NCBI GenBank assembly: GCA_018401755.1
Contig: JAGYKJ010000003.1
Coordinates: 80,599-144,598, forward strand
From: Litorivicinus sp.
GTDB taxonomy: Bacteria; Pseudomonadota; Gammaproteobacteria; Pseudomonadales; Litorivicinaceae
Direction of reading: 5' to 3'
Length of the DNA: 64,000 nt
The position numbers and the translations under genes were made by a program. Positions 48,717-60,552 of the stretch are shown here, in pieces (position 1 is the stretch's first letter; every line of letters begins with the position of its first letter). Under the pieces are notes generated by a model, which saw only the letters and a list, made by a program, of their open reading frames with translations, was not told where the DNA came from and did no database searches.

Positions 48717-49075
48717 CACCTGACCGGCTCGGCGCGGAGTCGGCCGAGTTGTGAGATCACCAGGCGACGCCCTTGCTGATTGCGGCATAGAAGAATTTCG
48801 CCAGGGCTGACGGATCCGTCAGCGAAAGCCACAAAGTCTGGTCCATAAAATGAGCGCTGAGTCCACTGAGTGTGCGGATCATCGAGCGGCCAAGCGAGCG
48901 TTGTGGTCTGTTGCAACTGCAGGGCTTGCATTTGGCCCAGGCGAATACGCTGTCGAACTTGCGATTCCTGAAGCCTGAGCAACGCCTGGTCAGTCGGTGC
49001 TTGCCAACTCACGAGTGTGAGTCCAGCGAGAGTGGCTGTGAGTCCGAGTGCTGCGAGATATCCGAATATTTGCAT
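48713..49075 (-). CDS. GspH/FimT-like protein lacking the prepilin leader motif
   Basis: The C-terminus FADGSVSPGEILLCRNQQGRRLVISQLGRLRAEPV resembles the GspH/FimT beta-domain. The N-terminus MQIFGYLAALGLTATLAGL is hydrophobic but has no G-F-T-L-x-E. An in-frame TAG lies 4 codons upstream of the ATG. Confidence 0.4.
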   Translation of the reverse strand: MQIFGYLAALGLTATLAGLTLVSWQAPTDQALLRLQESQVRQRIRLGQMQALQLQQTTTLAWPLDDPHTQWTQRSFYGPDFVAFADGSVSPGEILLCRNQQGRRLVISQLGRLRAEPVRC

Positions 49076-49133
49076 GCTGACAGCCTAGCTCAGAGGCTTC
49101 GGAAGTCAGTCGGGAGTGTGCGACAATATCGCA

Positions 49134-50219
49134 ATGTCAACTCAGATCCCCGATGTGTGTATTGTCGGTGCTGGCGTGATGGGCTTGCTATCTGCACTGG
49201 AATTGGCGGATGCGGGACTGCACGTGCACCTGTTAGACCGTGGTCAGGCGGCGCAGGAGTCGTCATGGGCGGGAGGTGGCATTATTTCCCCACTCTATCC
49301 GTGGCGGTATCCGGCATCGATCACGGCATTAGCGACATTTTCTCAATTGGTCTATCCGGAAATTATCGCTCGGATTCGAGACGTGTCGGGGATTGATCCT
49401 CAATTTATGCGACATGGGATGCTGGTGACTGCGATGACAGAACGCTCGGATGCCCTGGCCTGGGGCGCCCTCCAAGGCGGCGCGGTACAGACACTCTCTG
49501 TGGCTGAAGCGAGTCAACTTGAGCCACATGCAACGCTCCATGAGGAGCCGTTATGGATGCCGCAAATTGCCAGTGTCCGGACACCTCGGTTGGGTCAAGC
49601 GCTCTACAAAACAGCGGCGTTGCATCCACGAATCACAGTCAGAGAGCATCAATCTGTGTCTTTATCTGGCTCAGTTGAACAGCCTGTGGTGATGGTCAAC
49701 GGCGAGAGTCAGCACGCTGATCGGGTCGTTGTGGCTGCAGGGGCATGGACTCAATCACTGCTTGATCCGCTGGGCGTATCGACGCCAATTCGGCCGATGA
49801 AAGGACAGATGTTGCTGTTTGCACCCTCATTCAGAGTCGGCCGCGTGGTGTTGGCCGACGGTCGCTATGCCATTCCACGCGCCGACGGACGGATTGTCTT
49901 TGGGTCGACACTTGAGGATGTGGGTTTTCAGCGTTGCCCTGACGAGCCCGCGCACAGATCGTTGTATGCATCGGCCTTACACTTGATCCCGAGCTTGGCT
50001 GATGTGCCTGTCGAGCTTCAATGGTCAGGGTTTCGGCCCGCCGCGCCTGGTGGTATCCCCTGGATTGGCGCGCTCTCACAGCGACTGTGGGTGAATGCAG
50101 GCCACTATCGAAATGGTGTTGTATTGGCGCCCGCCTCGGCACGATTGCTAGCAGACAGTATACTGAGTCGCCCGCCGGTGGTGGATCCAACCCCTTATCA
50201 GCCGAGGATTGATGCATGA
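49134..50219 (+). CDS. FAD-dependent oxidoreductase (glycine oxidase ThiO / D-amino-acid oxidase family)
   Basis: DVCIVGAGVMGLLSALELADAG dinucleotide fold and DAO-family length. Start set to ATG 49134. Confidence 0.8.
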   Translation: MSTQIPDVCIVGAGVMGLLSALELADAGLHVHLLDRGQAAQESSWAGGGIISPLYPWRYPASITALATFSQLVYPEIIARIRDVSGIDPQFMRHGMLVTAMTERSDALAWGALQGGAVQTLSVAEASQLEPHATLHEEPLWMPQIASVRTPRLGQALYKTAALHPRITVREHQSVSLSGSVEQPVVMVNGESQHADRVVVAAGAWTQSLLDPLGVSTPIRPMKGQMLLFAPSFRVGRVVLADGRYAIPRADGRIVFGSTLEDVGFQRCPDEPAHRSLYASALHLIPSLADVPVELQWSGFRPAAPGGIPWIGALSQRLWVNAGHYRNGVVLAPASARLLADSILSRPPVVDPTPYQPRIDA

Positions 50220-51871
50220 GCTCAGCATTTGCGTGTGTATTGCTGCAAATAAATACGCGGGTGGGAGACATCCCAGGGAATACCGCAGCGATCCTCGCAG
50301 CGATTGAGGATGCGCGCTCACAAGGGGCGGATCTTTTGGTGACGCCCGAACTGGCATTGACCGGATACCCGCCTGAGGATTTGTTGCTGCGTCCAGCACT
50401 GATGGCGCGGGTGGATGAGGCGTTGCTTACCATTGCCGAGGCAGCACGCGGAATCACGGTGATTGTCGGTGCACCTCAACGGGCAGGGCACGCCGCTAGG
50501 GAGTGGTCACTTGGGCACCAGACAGCAGGGCCTGCGCGGTTACACAATAGCTTGGTGGTGTGTTTGGATGGGCAGATCACAGCGGTGTATCACAAGCAGT
50601 CACTCCCAAATTACCAAGTATTTGACGAACATCGCTATTTCATTCCCGGTGATACACCTTGCTGTCTCGAGGTGTCCGGCGTGCGTTTGGGTCTTCTCAT
50701 CTGTGAGGATGTATGGGTACCCGAGGTGGTGTCGGCAACCCGCGAAGCGGGGGCTGAGATATTAGTGGTCGCAAATGCCTCCCCATTTGCTGAGGGTAAG
50801 CATCGCGAGCGCATGGCGCATCTGGTTGATCGCGCACGTCGAACTGGGTTACCGGTGGTCTACCTGAATACCGTTGGTGGACAAGATGAGCTGGTCTTCG
50901 ATGGTGGATCCATGGTTATCGATGGAGCAGGACACGTTCTCGCTCAAGCCCCATTTTTCGAGACAGCAACACTTCCTCTAACGATCGTGGATGGCACGCT
51001 TCAGGCGGACTGGTCTCACTCCGTCCCGTCGGATGATGCGCTGCTATATCGGGCGCTGGTCACTGGGGTTCGGGATTACTTAGCGAAAACAGGGTTTCAG
51101 TCCGCGCTTCTTGGTCTGTCGGGTGGAATCGATTCTGCGCTGACCTTACAAATTGCAGTGGATGCGCTTGGTGCGGATCGCGTACACGCTGTGATGATGC
51201 CTTACACCTACACCGCACAAATGAGTGTTGAAGATGCAAAAGCCCAAGCACTGCGCTTAGGGGCTCAATTTTCAATCACTCCAATTGAGCCGATGGTCGG
51301 AGCCTTCCTCGAGGGGCTTACCCCATACTTTGCGGGGCACGCGGTTGATACCACCGAGGAGAATCTGCAGTCACGCTGCCGGGGTGTGATTCTGATGGCC
51401 CTGTCGAATAAAACCGGTGCACTGGTGCTGACAACCGGAAATAAGAGTGAAATGGCGGTTGGATACGCGACGTTATACGGGGATATGGCCGGTGGATTCG
51501 CGGTGTTAAAGGATGTGTGGAAGACGCGTGTTTATGATCTTGCGCGCTATGTGAATCGAGACACAGAATGGATCCCAAATCGCGTGATCGTGCGTCCACC
51601 ATCTGCGGAGTTAGCACCGGGACAGGAGGACGCGGATAGTCTGCCGCCCTATCCTATTCTCGATGCGATGTTGTCGCGCTACATCGAACAAGATCAGACC
51701 CCAGATGACATTATCGACGCAGGCTTTTCGGCAGAGGATGTCCGCCGGATGTGTCGATTGGTGGATATCAACGAATATAAGCGGCGCCAGTCCGCAGTCG
51801 GGACGCGTGTCACCGGGCGCGGCTTCGGTCGCGATAGACGCTATCCGATTGCCAACGGTTGGCGCTTTTAG
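50216..51871 (+). CDS. nadE: glutamine-dependent NAD+ synthetase
   Basis: An N-terminal nitrilase/CN-hydrolase domain (catalytic Cys in LLICED) plus a C-terminal NAD synthetase with the PP-loop GLSGGIDS. 551 aa. Confidence 0.92.
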   Translation: MSSAFACVLLQINTRVGDIPGNTAAILAAIEDARSQGADLLVTPELALTGYPPEDLLLRPALMARVDEALLTIAEAARGITVIVGAPQRAGHAAREWSLGHQTAGPARLHNSLVVCLDGQITAVYHKQSLPNYQVFDEHRYFIPGDTPCCLEVSGVRLGLLICEDVWVPEVVSATREAGAEILVVANASPFAEGKHRERMAHLVDRARRTGLPVVYLNTVGGQDELVFDGGSMVIDGAGHVLAQAPFFETATLPLTIVDGTLQADWSHSVPSDDALLYRALVTGVRDYLAKTGFQSALLGLSGGIDSALTLQIAVDALGADRVHAVMMPYTYTAQMSVEDAKAQALRLGAQFSITPIEPMVGAFLEGLTPYFAGHAVDTTEENLQSRCRGVILMALSNKTGALVLTTGNKSEMAVGYATLYGDMAGGFAVLKDVWKTRVYDLARYVNRDTEWIPNRVIVRPPSAELAPGQEDADSLPPYPILDAMLSRYIEQDQTPDDIIDAGFSAEDVRRMCRLVDINEYKRRQSAVGTRVTGRGFGRDRRYPIANGWRF

Positions 51872-52836
51872 AAGTACACTTCGTTGATCGCGCGCGGAGC
51901 GTCAATTGGGGCGTCTTCATTCGGTCGCAGCGTGGCTGCGGGACGTCGCGACGTGTCTGCTCGGCGGGTGGTCGTAAAGGCTTCCAGTCGGTCTGCAATA
52001 TCGCCAGATTTACCCAAGAAACCGAGGCTTAAGGTCTCTGTGAGACCACGTCCTGTGTCTGCCAGAACCCCTGACGCAAGCCGGCGCTCGCCGGAATCGC
52101 CTGCCACATACTCAGGATAGTTTTCCGCCAGTACTGTCAAAGCATCTTGAGCCTCTTCAGGGAGTCCGAGAGCGCTGTAGCTCAAATACATGGTGATCAA
52201 GGCATCAATCACGGCGGGTGTTGAGGGATACCCTTCAATGACTTGCCGGGCGCGATTTGCGGCAGCCACGTAGGCTCCGCGGCGGACATAATACCGAGCG
52301 ACATTGAGTTCATACTCAGCCAACTGGTTGCGGACATAGATCAATCGGAGTGTTGCATCGTCACGAAACTGGCTGTTTGGATAGCGCTCAAGTAGCGTTA
52401 AAAAGTCGTTCACTGCTTCGCGAGCACCACCAATATCTCGTCCGGTCTCATCGCCAGGCAAATAGCGTGCAATCATCGAATCGTTTGAGGCGTAGGACGA
52501 TAGCCCCTTCATGTATTGGGCGTAATCTGCTTCTGGATGATCAGGATTTAACCGAATGAAACGATCCGCCGTCAGACGCGCGAGCTCATAGCGTTGCGCT
52601 CGGAAATAGCTGTAGACCAAGTCCAGTTGGGTACCATCCGAGTACGCTCCAAATGGGAATCTCCGGTCTAATTCCTCGAGATTGGTGATGGCTTCTAGAA
52701 AGCGACCCCCTCGGATGTGGCCTTGGCCTTCCTCCCATAACACCTTCTCACTCTTGAGATTGGCGTCGGGGTCAAACAATGAACAGGACGCCAAGAGCGT
52801 CGAGAGCAACAGAACTGTGAGCGTACGGGTTATCAT
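51868..52836 (-). CDS. bamD: outer membrane protein assembly factor BamD (ComL/YfiO) with a C-terminal extension
   Basis: Lipobox LLASC and TPR-like repeats throughout. It is divergent from rluD, as in other gammaproteobacteria. ~70 extra low-complexity residues at the C-terminus. Confidence 0.85.
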   Translation of the reverse strand: MITRTLTVLLLSTLLASCSLFDPDANLKSEKVLWEEGQGHIRGGRFLEAITNLEELDRRFPFGAYSDGTQLDLVYSYFRAQRYELARLTADRFIRLNPDHPEADYAQYMKGLSSYASNDSMIARYLPGDETGRDIGGAREAVNDFLTLLERYPNSQFRDDATLRLIYVRNQLAEYELNVARYYVRRGAYVAAANRARQVIEGYPSTPAVIDALITMYLSYSALGLPEEAQDALTVLAENYPEYVAGDSGERRLASGVLADTGRGLTETLSLGFLGKSGDIADRLEAFTTTRRADTSRRPAATLRPNEDAPIDAPRAINEVYF

Positions 52837-52848
52837 GCCTGTCCTTTT

Positions 52849-53832
52849 ATGATGGGCCGCCCTATGAGCGAATCAGAAAATCACCACCCGCGTATTCAAT
52901 CACAGTTTGAGGTTCCGTTGGATGCTGGCGGATCACGGATTGATGTGATCTGTGCAGAAATTTGGACAGATTTCTCACGAGCTCGGCTGTCACAGTGGAT
53001 TTCAGCAGGCGCGATCCGTATTGATGGTCAACAAGTGAAGCCCAAATACAAGGTGCTAGGTGGTGAGTTAGTGACCGTCGATGCGCAGCCAGAGAGCCAA
53101 GTGACTTGGGTGGGCCAACCTCTCGATTTGCAAACCCTGTTTGTCGATGAGCATCTCATTATCGTCAATAAGCCTGCAGGGTTGGTGGTGCATCCAGGCC
53201 ATGGCAATCCAAGCCATACACTTGTGAATGCGTTGCTACACCATTATCCGGAGCTCGATACGATTCCGCGGGCAGGTATCGTGCATCGGCTTGATAAAGA
53301 CACCTCAGGGGTGTTGGCTATCGCGCGAAGCCCGAAAGCACATCAAAAATTGATCGCACAGTTGAAAGACCGCAGTATGGGTCGGCAATATTGGGCTTTG
53401 GTATTTGGCAAAACACGTCCCGTGGGAACCATTGATGCACCCATGGATCGGCATCGGATTCAGCGGACTAGGATGGCTGTGATGACACAAGGTAAGCCGG
53501 CTGTGACGCATTATCGGACACTCCAGCAGACCGCACATGTCAGTGCCATTGAAGTGCGGTTGGAAACCGGTCGGACACATCAGATCCGGGTGCATATGAC
53601 GCACCTTGGGCATCCATTGGTGGGTGATCCGGTTTATAAGGCGGGCCGTCCCGGTTTCGGTACGATGCTTGCTCCTGTCCGCGCGCGGGTCGACGCCTTT
53701 CCTCGACAGGCGCTCCATGCAGAGAGCTTGCGTCTCATCCATCCAGCAACTGGCGAGCCGATGTCATTTACCGCACCATTGGCCGATGATTTGGTGGCTT
53801 TGATGCACGACCTGCAACGCGATGACCACTGA
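52849..53832 (+). CDS. rluD: 23S rRNA pseudouridine(1911/1915/1917) synthase
   Basis: S4 domain followed by the catalytic motif GIVHRLDKDTSG and the RTHQIRVH motif. Confidence 0.92.
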   Translation: MMGRPMSESENHHPRIQSQFEVPLDAGGSRIDVICAEIWTDFSRARLSQWISAGAIRIDGQQVKPKYKVLGGELVTVDAQPESQVTWVGQPLDLQTLFVDEHLIIVNKPAGLVVHPGHGNPSHTLVNALLHHYPELDTIPRAGIVHRLDKDTSGVLAIARSPKAHQKLIAQLKDRSMGRQYWALVFGKTRPVGTIDAPMDRHRIQRTRMAVMTQGKPAVTHYRTLQQTAHVSAIEVRLETGRTHQIRVHMTHLGHPLVGDPVYKAGRPGFGTMLAPVRARVDAFPRQALHAESLRLIHPATGEPMSFTAPLADDLVALMHDLQRDDH

Positions 53833-54538
53833 TCTTTGGTTCGACACGCAATTGACCCCGAACACCTGGATTCGGCAAACCCTGCGCGGGAGTGGAGCTG
53901 GGCCCTATGGTGGATTCAATCTCGGGTTACATGTCGGCGATCATCCATCGGTGGTCACTCAACACCGAGCCTTCCTCGCTGCGCAACTCGGAATGCCTGT
54001 GCATTTCGTGTCGCAAGTCCACGGAGTGATGGTGCACGAGGTCGCGAAGACCTCGATGGAGTCCATCGAAGCAGATGCGATGGTGACGCGAGAGCCACTG
54101 CAGGCGCTGGCCATTCTGACGGCCGACTGTTTGCCGATTGTGTTCGCCAGTGCGACAGCAGTCGGAATCGCGCATGGGGGTTGGCGAGGCATTCTTGCTG
54201 GGGTGGTGACCGAGACACTACAGCGTTTGGACGGATCCAGCTGTCATGCATGGCTCGGTCCCTGTATTGGCCGTGAGACCTTTGAGGTAGGTCGTGATGT
54301 TCGTGATGCATTCTTGGCGCAAGATGCCTCGCTTGAACGGTTTTTTCAGACCACGGCGCGTCCGATGCATTGGTGGTGTGACCTGCGTGGCATTGTTCAC
54401 ACGCAGTTGACCGCCGTCGGGGTGGATGTGATTGATGTGAGTGCCGAATGCACGCTGAGCCAGCCTGAGCGGTATTATTCCTATCGTCGTGATGGCATCA
54501 CTGGGCGCATGGCGACTGTCGTTTGGCGCACTGAATAA
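53822..54538 (+). CDS. pgeF: peptidoglycan editing factor PgeF (YfiH / LACC1-family multicopper polyphenol oxidoreductase-like)
   Basis: ADAMVT, LTADCLPIVF, AHGGWRG and YSYRRDG motifs. Confidence 0.88.
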   Translation: MTTDLWFDTQLTPNTWIRQTLRGSGAGPYGGFNLGLHVGDHPSVVTQHRAFLAAQLGMPVHFVSQVHGVMVHEVAKTSMESIEADAMVTREPLQALAILTADCLPIVFASATAVGIAHGGWRGILAGVVTETLQRLDGSSCHAWLGPCIGRETFEVGRDVRDAFLAQDASLERFFQTTARPMHWWCDLRGIVHTQLTAVGVDVIDVSAECTLSQPERYYSYRRDGITGRMATVVWRTE

Positions 54539-54549
54539 CCTGTGGATAA

Positions 54550-54578
54550 CTTGAAATCATTATCGATGCACCCATCTT
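54550..54578 (+). promoter_or_regulatory. sigma32 (RpoH) heat-shock promoter candidate for clpB
   Basis: CTTGAAA (54550-54556), a 13-14 nt spacer, then aCCCATCT (54570-54577), against the consensus CTTGAAA-N13-15-CCCCATNT. It lies ~30 nt upstream of the clpB RBS GAGGAG. Confidence 0.55.
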
Positions 54579-54605
54579 AAATGCATCAAGGAATGAGGAG
54601 ATTTT

Positions 54606-57200
54606 ATGCGCATGGATCGATTGACTCATCGGGTCGTTGAGGCCCTTCAAGAAGCCCAGTCGTTGGCTTTACAGCACAACCACACCGAGCTCAGTCCCTG
54701 GCACGTGTTAACGGCCTTAATGAACCAAAATTCAGGATCAATGCGTGCATTGATCCAGCAGGCCGGCGGTGATCTAGGACGCCTGCAAACAGGCTTGCGA
54801 TCACAGCTGGAGCGCTGCCCAGTGATTGCTGAACACGATGGTGAAGTGCGGCTGTCCCAAGAGTTGGTGCGCCAGCTCAACCTGGCGGAAAAGCAGGCAA
54901 TGAGCCAAAAAGACAGCCATGTCTCGACAGAAACCGTGCTGGCTGTGATGGCTAAGGATAAAACCACGCGAACTGTGTTTCAGGAATCGGGTGTTGATGT
55001 GAATCGTTTGGAGAATGCAATCGCGGCACTCCGCGGAGGTGAATCAGTGCAAGGACAGGACGCGGAACAGCATCGTGGTGCATTAGATCAATACACCATG
55101 GATCTGACAGCACGTGCTCGAGATGGGCGGTTAGATCCGGTGATTGGCCGTGATGAAGAAATTCGTCGGGCGATTCAAGTACTGCAACGACGGACCAAAA
55201 ATAATCCGGTGCTGATTGGCGAACCCGGCGTCGGAAAAACGGCCATTGTCGAGGGATTGGCCCAACGGATTGTCAATGGTGAGGTCCCTGAGGGGTTAAA
55301 GGACAAGCGGGTCTTGTCGCTCGATATGGGCGCATTGATTGCCGGTGCGAAGTACCGCGGGGAGTTTGAAGAACGCTTAAAGGCTGTCTTGAAGGAGCTG
55401 TCTCAGCAGGAAGGCCAAATCATTTTGTTCATTGATGAAATCCACACCATGGTGGGTGCTGGCAAGTCAGATGGTGCGATGGACGCGGGCAACATGCTCA
55501 AACCTGCGTTAGCCCGCGGTGAGTTGCACTGTGTTGGTGCCACGACCTTGGATGAGTATCGTCAATATCTGGAAAAGGACGCGGCACTTGAGCGCCGCTT
55601 TCAAAAGGTATTTGTTGGTGAGCCGTCCGAAACAGACACCATTGCCATTTTACGAGGCTTAAAGTCGAAGTATGAGGTGCACCATGGGGTGGAGATCTCG
55701 GATTCCGCCATTATTGCGGCAGCACGGCTATCCAGTCGCTACATCACGGATCGGCAGTTACCGGACAAAGCCATTGATTTGATGGATGAGGCGGCCAGTC
55801 GAATTCGGTTGGAGATGGACTCGAAGCCCGAAGAGTTGGATCGTCTGGATCGCCGTTTGATTCAGCTGAAAATGGAGCGTGAAGCGCTCAAGAAAGAGAA
55901 AGATGCGGCGTCCAAGGCACGCCTGGATGAGCTCTTGGAGACCATTGCAGATGTTGAGACACAAGCCAGCCATTTGGAGGAAATTTGGGTCGCTGAAAAA
56001 GCTCAAAGCCAGGGTGTTCAGTCGATTAAAGAAGATTTGGATCGCGCTGAGATTGAGTTGGATATGGCGCGTCGGGCCGGTGATTTAGCACGGATGAGCG
56101 AAATTCAGTACGGCAGGATTCCTGAATTGCATAAGCGCATGCAGCAGGCAGGTGACGGTGGTGATTCCGACGAAGGACGGCTGGTTCGTTCGCGGGTGAC
56201 CGAGGAGGAAATCGCTGAGATCGTGTCTCGGTGGACTGGGATCCCTGTGTCGAAAATGCTGGAAGGTGAGAAAGAGAAGCTATTACGCATGGAAGATGCG
56301 CTGCATCATCGCGTGGTTGGACAGGCCGCAGCTGTTGAGGCAGTCGCCAATGCGGTACGCCGTTCGCGCTCTGGACTGTCAGATCCCAACCGACCCAATG
56401 GTTCATTTCTGTTCTTGGGACCGACCGGGGTTGGTAAGACGGAGCTCTGTAAGGCGCTGGCTGCATTTTTATTCGACTCTGAAGACGCCATGGTTCGGAT
56501 TGATATGTCGGAGTTCATGGAGAAACACTCCGTGGCGCGGTTAATTGGTGCGCCACCTGGTTATGTGGGTTATGAACAAGGCGGCTATTTGACCGAGGCC
56601 GTTCGTCGTCGTCCTTATGCCGTGATCCTATTGGATGAGGTGGAAAAAGCGCATCCCGATGTCTTTAATGTGCTTCTCCAAGTGCTTGATGATGGTCGGC
56701 TCACCGATGGCCAAGGCCGAACCGTGGATTTCAGAAATACTGTGATTGTGATGACCTCTAATCTAGGCAGTGACCTGATCCAAGCGATGGTGGGAGAGCC
56801 CCATGATGCGATTCGTGATGCAGTGATGACTGTTGTTGGACAACATTTCCGTCCTGAGTTCATCAATCGTGTCGATGAGTCGGTCGTATTTCATGCACTC
56901 AGCCGTGAACATATCCGTGGCATTCTCACGGTGCAGTTAGGGCGATTGGAGTCACGACTTGCCGAGCTTGACCTGAGCATTGAGCTTAGTGACACAGCGT
57001 TGCAGACCCTGGCAAATGCAGGGTTTGACCCGGTCTATGGTGCGCGACCATTGAAGCGAGCGATCCAGACTTATCTCGAAAATCCATTGGCACAGGCGCT
57101 CTTACAGGGGACCTTTGTCCCCGGAACAACGATTCATGTTGGGTGTTCTGAGCAGGGCTCTTTGACCTTTGAATCAGGCGATCAGCCCACTGTCAGTTGA
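54606..57200 (+). CDS. clpB: ATP-dependent chaperone / disaggregase ClpB
   Basis: Two AAA+ modules (GEPGVGKT and GPTGVGKT), a middle coiled-coil and a Clp N-domain. 864 aa. Confidence 0.97.
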   Translation: MRMDRLTHRVVEALQEAQSLALQHNHTELSPWHVLTALMNQNSGSMRALIQQAGGDLGRLQTGLRSQLERCPVIAEHDGEVRLSQELVRQLNLAEKQAMSQKDSHVSTETVLAVMAKDKTTRTVFQESGVDVNRLENAIAALRGGESVQGQDAEQHRGALDQYTMDLTARARDGRLDPVIGRDEEIRRAIQVLQRRTKNNPVLIGEPGVGKTAIVEGLAQRIVNGEVPEGLKDKRVLSLDMGALIAGAKYRGEFEERLKAVLKELSQQEGQIILFIDEIHTMVGAGKSDGAMDAGNMLKPALARGELHCVGATTLDEYRQYLEKDAALERRFQKVFVGEPSETDTIAILRGLKSKYEVHHGVEISDSAIIAAARLSSRYITDRQLPDKAIDLMDEAASRIRLEMDSKPEELDRLDRRLIQLKMEREALKKEKDAASKARLDELLETIADVETQASHLEEIWVAEKAQSQGVQSIKEDLDRAEIELDMARRAGDLARMSEIQYGRIPELHKRMQQAGDGGDSDEGRLVRSRVTEEEIAEIVSRWTGIPVSKMLEGEKEKLLRMEDALHHRVVGQAAAVEAVANAVRRSRSGLSDPNRPNGSFLFLGPTGVGKTELCKALAAFLFDSEDAMVRIDMSEFMEKHSVARLIGAPPGYVGYEQGGYLTEAVRRRPYAVILLDEVEKAHPDVFNVLLQVLDDGRLTDGQGRTVDFRNTVIVMTSNLGSDLIQAMVGEPHDAIRDAVMTVVGQHFRPEFINRVDESVVFHALSREHIRGILTVQLGRLESRLAELDLSIELSDTALQTLANAGFDPVYGARPLKRAIQTYLENPLAQALLQGTFVPGTTIHVGCSEQGSLTFESGDQPTVS

Positions 57201-57259
57201 CAGCGGGCTGATCGGTGTCAAAATTCGCGGTTTTCCTGTAATGACTTTGAGGATCGGAA

Positions 57260-58993
57260 GTGGAACAGCTGTCTGGCGGTGAGATGATCATGCGCGCCTT
57301 GCGAGATGAGGGCGTCAAACTCGTGTTTGGCTACCCTGGCGGGGCTGTTTTACACATTTACGATGCGTTTTATCGACAGAGTGACGTTGAACATATCTTA
57401 GTGCGCCACGAGCAAGCGGGTGTACATGCGGCCGATGGATACGCTCGGGCGACCGGTGAAGTTGGCGTTGCTCTTGTGACGTCTGGGCCCGGTGCGACCA
57501 ATGCCATCACCGGGATTGCAACTGCGTACATGGATTCCATTCCTTTGGTTGTGATCTCGGGGAACGTGGCGACGCATCTGATTGGTTCGGATGCGTTTCA
57601 AGAGACCGACATGATTGGGTGTTCACGACCGATCGTGAAGCATTCCTTCCTTGTGCGGAGCATCGAAGAAATTCCTGAGATCATGAAAAAGGCGTTCCAC
57701 ATTGCCCGTACGGGGCGCCCTGGGCCGGTGGTGGTAGATGTGCCAAAAGACATGACCGCACCCGCCGAAAAGCGTCCGTTTGTCTATCCAGAGACGGTCA
57801 AGCTGCGTTCTTACACGCCAGCCATGAAAGGGCATGCGGGACAAGTGCGGAAGGCTGTTGAATTGTTACTCGACGCCAAACGCCCTGTGATTTACGCCGG
57901 CGGTGGGGTGATCTTGGGTGATGCCTCAGACGAGTTACGGGCGATTTCGCGGCACTTAGGGTATCCAGTCACGAACACACTGATGGGCCTTGGTGCCTAT
58001 CCTGGCACGGATCCACAGTTTATTGGCATGCTCGGGATGCACGGCTTTTATGAAGCGAACCAAGCGATGCATCAGGCGGACGTGATTTTTGCAGTGGGCG
58101 CACGGTTTGATGATCGGGTGACCAACAACCCAAAGAAGTTTTGCCCGAATGCACGCATCATTCACATTGATATTGATCCTGCGTCAATCCAGAAGACGGT
58201 TCGACATATTGAAGTCCCGTTGGTTGGTCCGGTCAAAGCCGTCCTTGCCGATATGATTGATGTGTTGAAGCAGACACCAGACACCTCGGATAAAGAGGCG
58301 TTAGCGTCTTGGTGGGCGACCATTAATGGTTGGCGAGATCAACATGGTCTTTGGACAGGTGATCGTTATCAGCGTGGCGAGAAAATCATGCCGCAAGATG
58401 TGATCAAAACCCTGTACGAGGTGACTGCGGGTGATGCCTTCATTTGCTCGGATGTCGGGCAGCATCAGATGTTTGCGGCGCAGTATTATAAGTATGACCA
58501 CCCCCGACGTTGGATTAACTCAGGTGGTCTGGGCACGATGGGTTTTGGCTTACCGGCAGCGATGGGCGTGCAATTGGCGCACCCAGGGGCAACCGTGGCT
58601 GTTGTGACCGGCGAGGGCTCGATTCAGATGTGTATCGAAGAGCTGTCGACCTGCACGCAGTACAACATGCCGATTAAGATTATCAATCTCAATAACGCGG
58701 CCCTCGGGATGGTGAAGCAGTGGCAAGACATGCAATACGGCGGTCGGTATGCGGCGTCGACCTATCAGGATTCCTTGCCTGATTTTGTCAAACTGGCTGA
58801 AGCCTATGGCCATGTTGGCATGAAGGTGACAAATCCAGCGGACTTAAAAGCAAGTATGGAGGCCGCCTTTGCGCTGAAGGATCGTTTGGTCTTTATGGAT
58901 ATTGTGGTAGATCCAGACGAGCACGTGTATCCGATGCATATTGCAACGGGATCGATGAAGGACATGCTGTTGAGTAAGACGGAGCGAACATAA
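57260..58993 (+). CDS. ilvI: acetolactate synthase (acetohydroxyacid synthase) large subunit
   Basis: ThDP enzyme with GYPGGAVL, the ThDP-binding [12 protein letters not shown]...GEGS motif and 577 aa. GTG start 6 nt after GAGGA. Confidence 0.93.
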   Translation: MEQLSGGEMIMRALRDEGVKLVFGYPGGAVLHIYDAFYRQSDVEHILVRHEQAGVHAADGYARATGEVGVALVTSGPGATNAITGIATAYMDSIPLVVISGNVATHLIGSDAFQETDMIGCSRPIVKHSFLVRSIEEIPEIMKKAFHIARTGRPGPVVVDVPKDMTAPAEKRPFVYPETVKLRSYTPAMKGHAGQVRKAVELLLDAKRPVIYAGGGVILGDASDELRAISRHLGYPVTNTLMGLGAYPGTDPQFIGMLGMHGFYEANQAMHQADVIFAVGARFDDRVTNNPKKFCPNARIIHIDIDPASIQKTVRHIEVPLVGPVKAVLADMIDVLKQTPDTSDKEALASWWATINGWRDQHGLWTGDRYQRGEKIMPQDVIKTLYEVTAGDAFICSDVGQHQMFAAQYYKYDHPRRWINSGGLGTMGFGLPAAMGVQLAHPGATVAVVTGEGSIQMCIEELSTCTQYNMPIKIINLNNAALGMVKQWQDMQYGGRYAASTYQDSLPDFVKLAEAYGHVGMKVTNPADLKASMEAAFALKDRLVFMDIVVDPDEHVYPMHIATGSMKDMLLSKTERT

Positions 58994-59485
58994 GTGCGAC
59001 ATATCATTTCTGTATTGATGGAGAATGAGCCGGGGGCGCTTTCTCGAGTCGTCGGCTTGTTTTCACAGCGTGGCTATAACATCGAATCATTGACAGTGGC
59101 TGCCACTGAAGATCCAACCTTGTCGCGGATGACAGTGACCACCAAAGGTGACGACACTGTCATTGAACAAATCACCAAACAGCTCAATAAGCTGATCGAT
59201 GTGGTCAAGTTGGTCGATTTGACTGAGGGAGCCCATATTGAGCGTGAGTTAATTCTCATCAAAATAAAGGCAACCGGCGCGCAGCGAGCGGAAGTGAAGC
59301 GGACCAGCGATATTTTCAGAGGGCAGATCGTCGACGTGACGCCATCCATGTATACCGTGCAATTGACCGGATCTAGTGACAAGCTGGATGCGTTTATTGA
59401 AGCAATTGGCACACAAGCCATTTTAGAAGTGGTCCGAAGCGGGGTGAGCGGTATTGCGCGCGGAGAGCGCGTGTTGTCCATTTAA
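58994..59485 (+). CDS. ilvH: acetolactate synthase small (regulatory) subunit
   Basis: ACT domain HIISVLMENEPGALSRVVGLFSQRGYNIESL. GTG start immediately after the ilvI stop. Confidence 0.93.
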   Translation: MRHIISVLMENEPGALSRVVGLFSQRGYNIESLTVAATEDPTLSRMTVTTKGDDTVIEQITKQLNKLIDVVKLVDLTEGAHIERELILIKIKATGAQRAEVKRTSDIFRGQIVDVTPSMYTVQLTGSSDKLDAFIEAIGTQAILEVVRSGVSGIARGERVLSI

Positions 59486-59488
59486 TAG

Positions 59489-60541
<1,053 letters not shown>

Positions 60542-60552
60542 GAGCCGACTCG

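Noticed and set aside
49831-50457. 208-aa minus-strand ORF spanning the thiO-like/nadE junction
   Set aside because: It is antisense to two well-supported genes. Its composition is Ser/Ala/Arg-rich and low-complexity, with no motif.
57180-57213. 16-bp imperfect inverted repeat (GATCAGCCCACTGTCA / TGACAGCGGGCTGATC, one mismatch) spanning the clpB stop codon. I considered it as the clpB terminator.
   Set aside because: No U-tract follows directly; the downstream sequence is GGTGTCAAAATTCGCGGTTTTCC. Half of the stem is coding sequence. It may still be a structural element, but I cannot call it a terminator.
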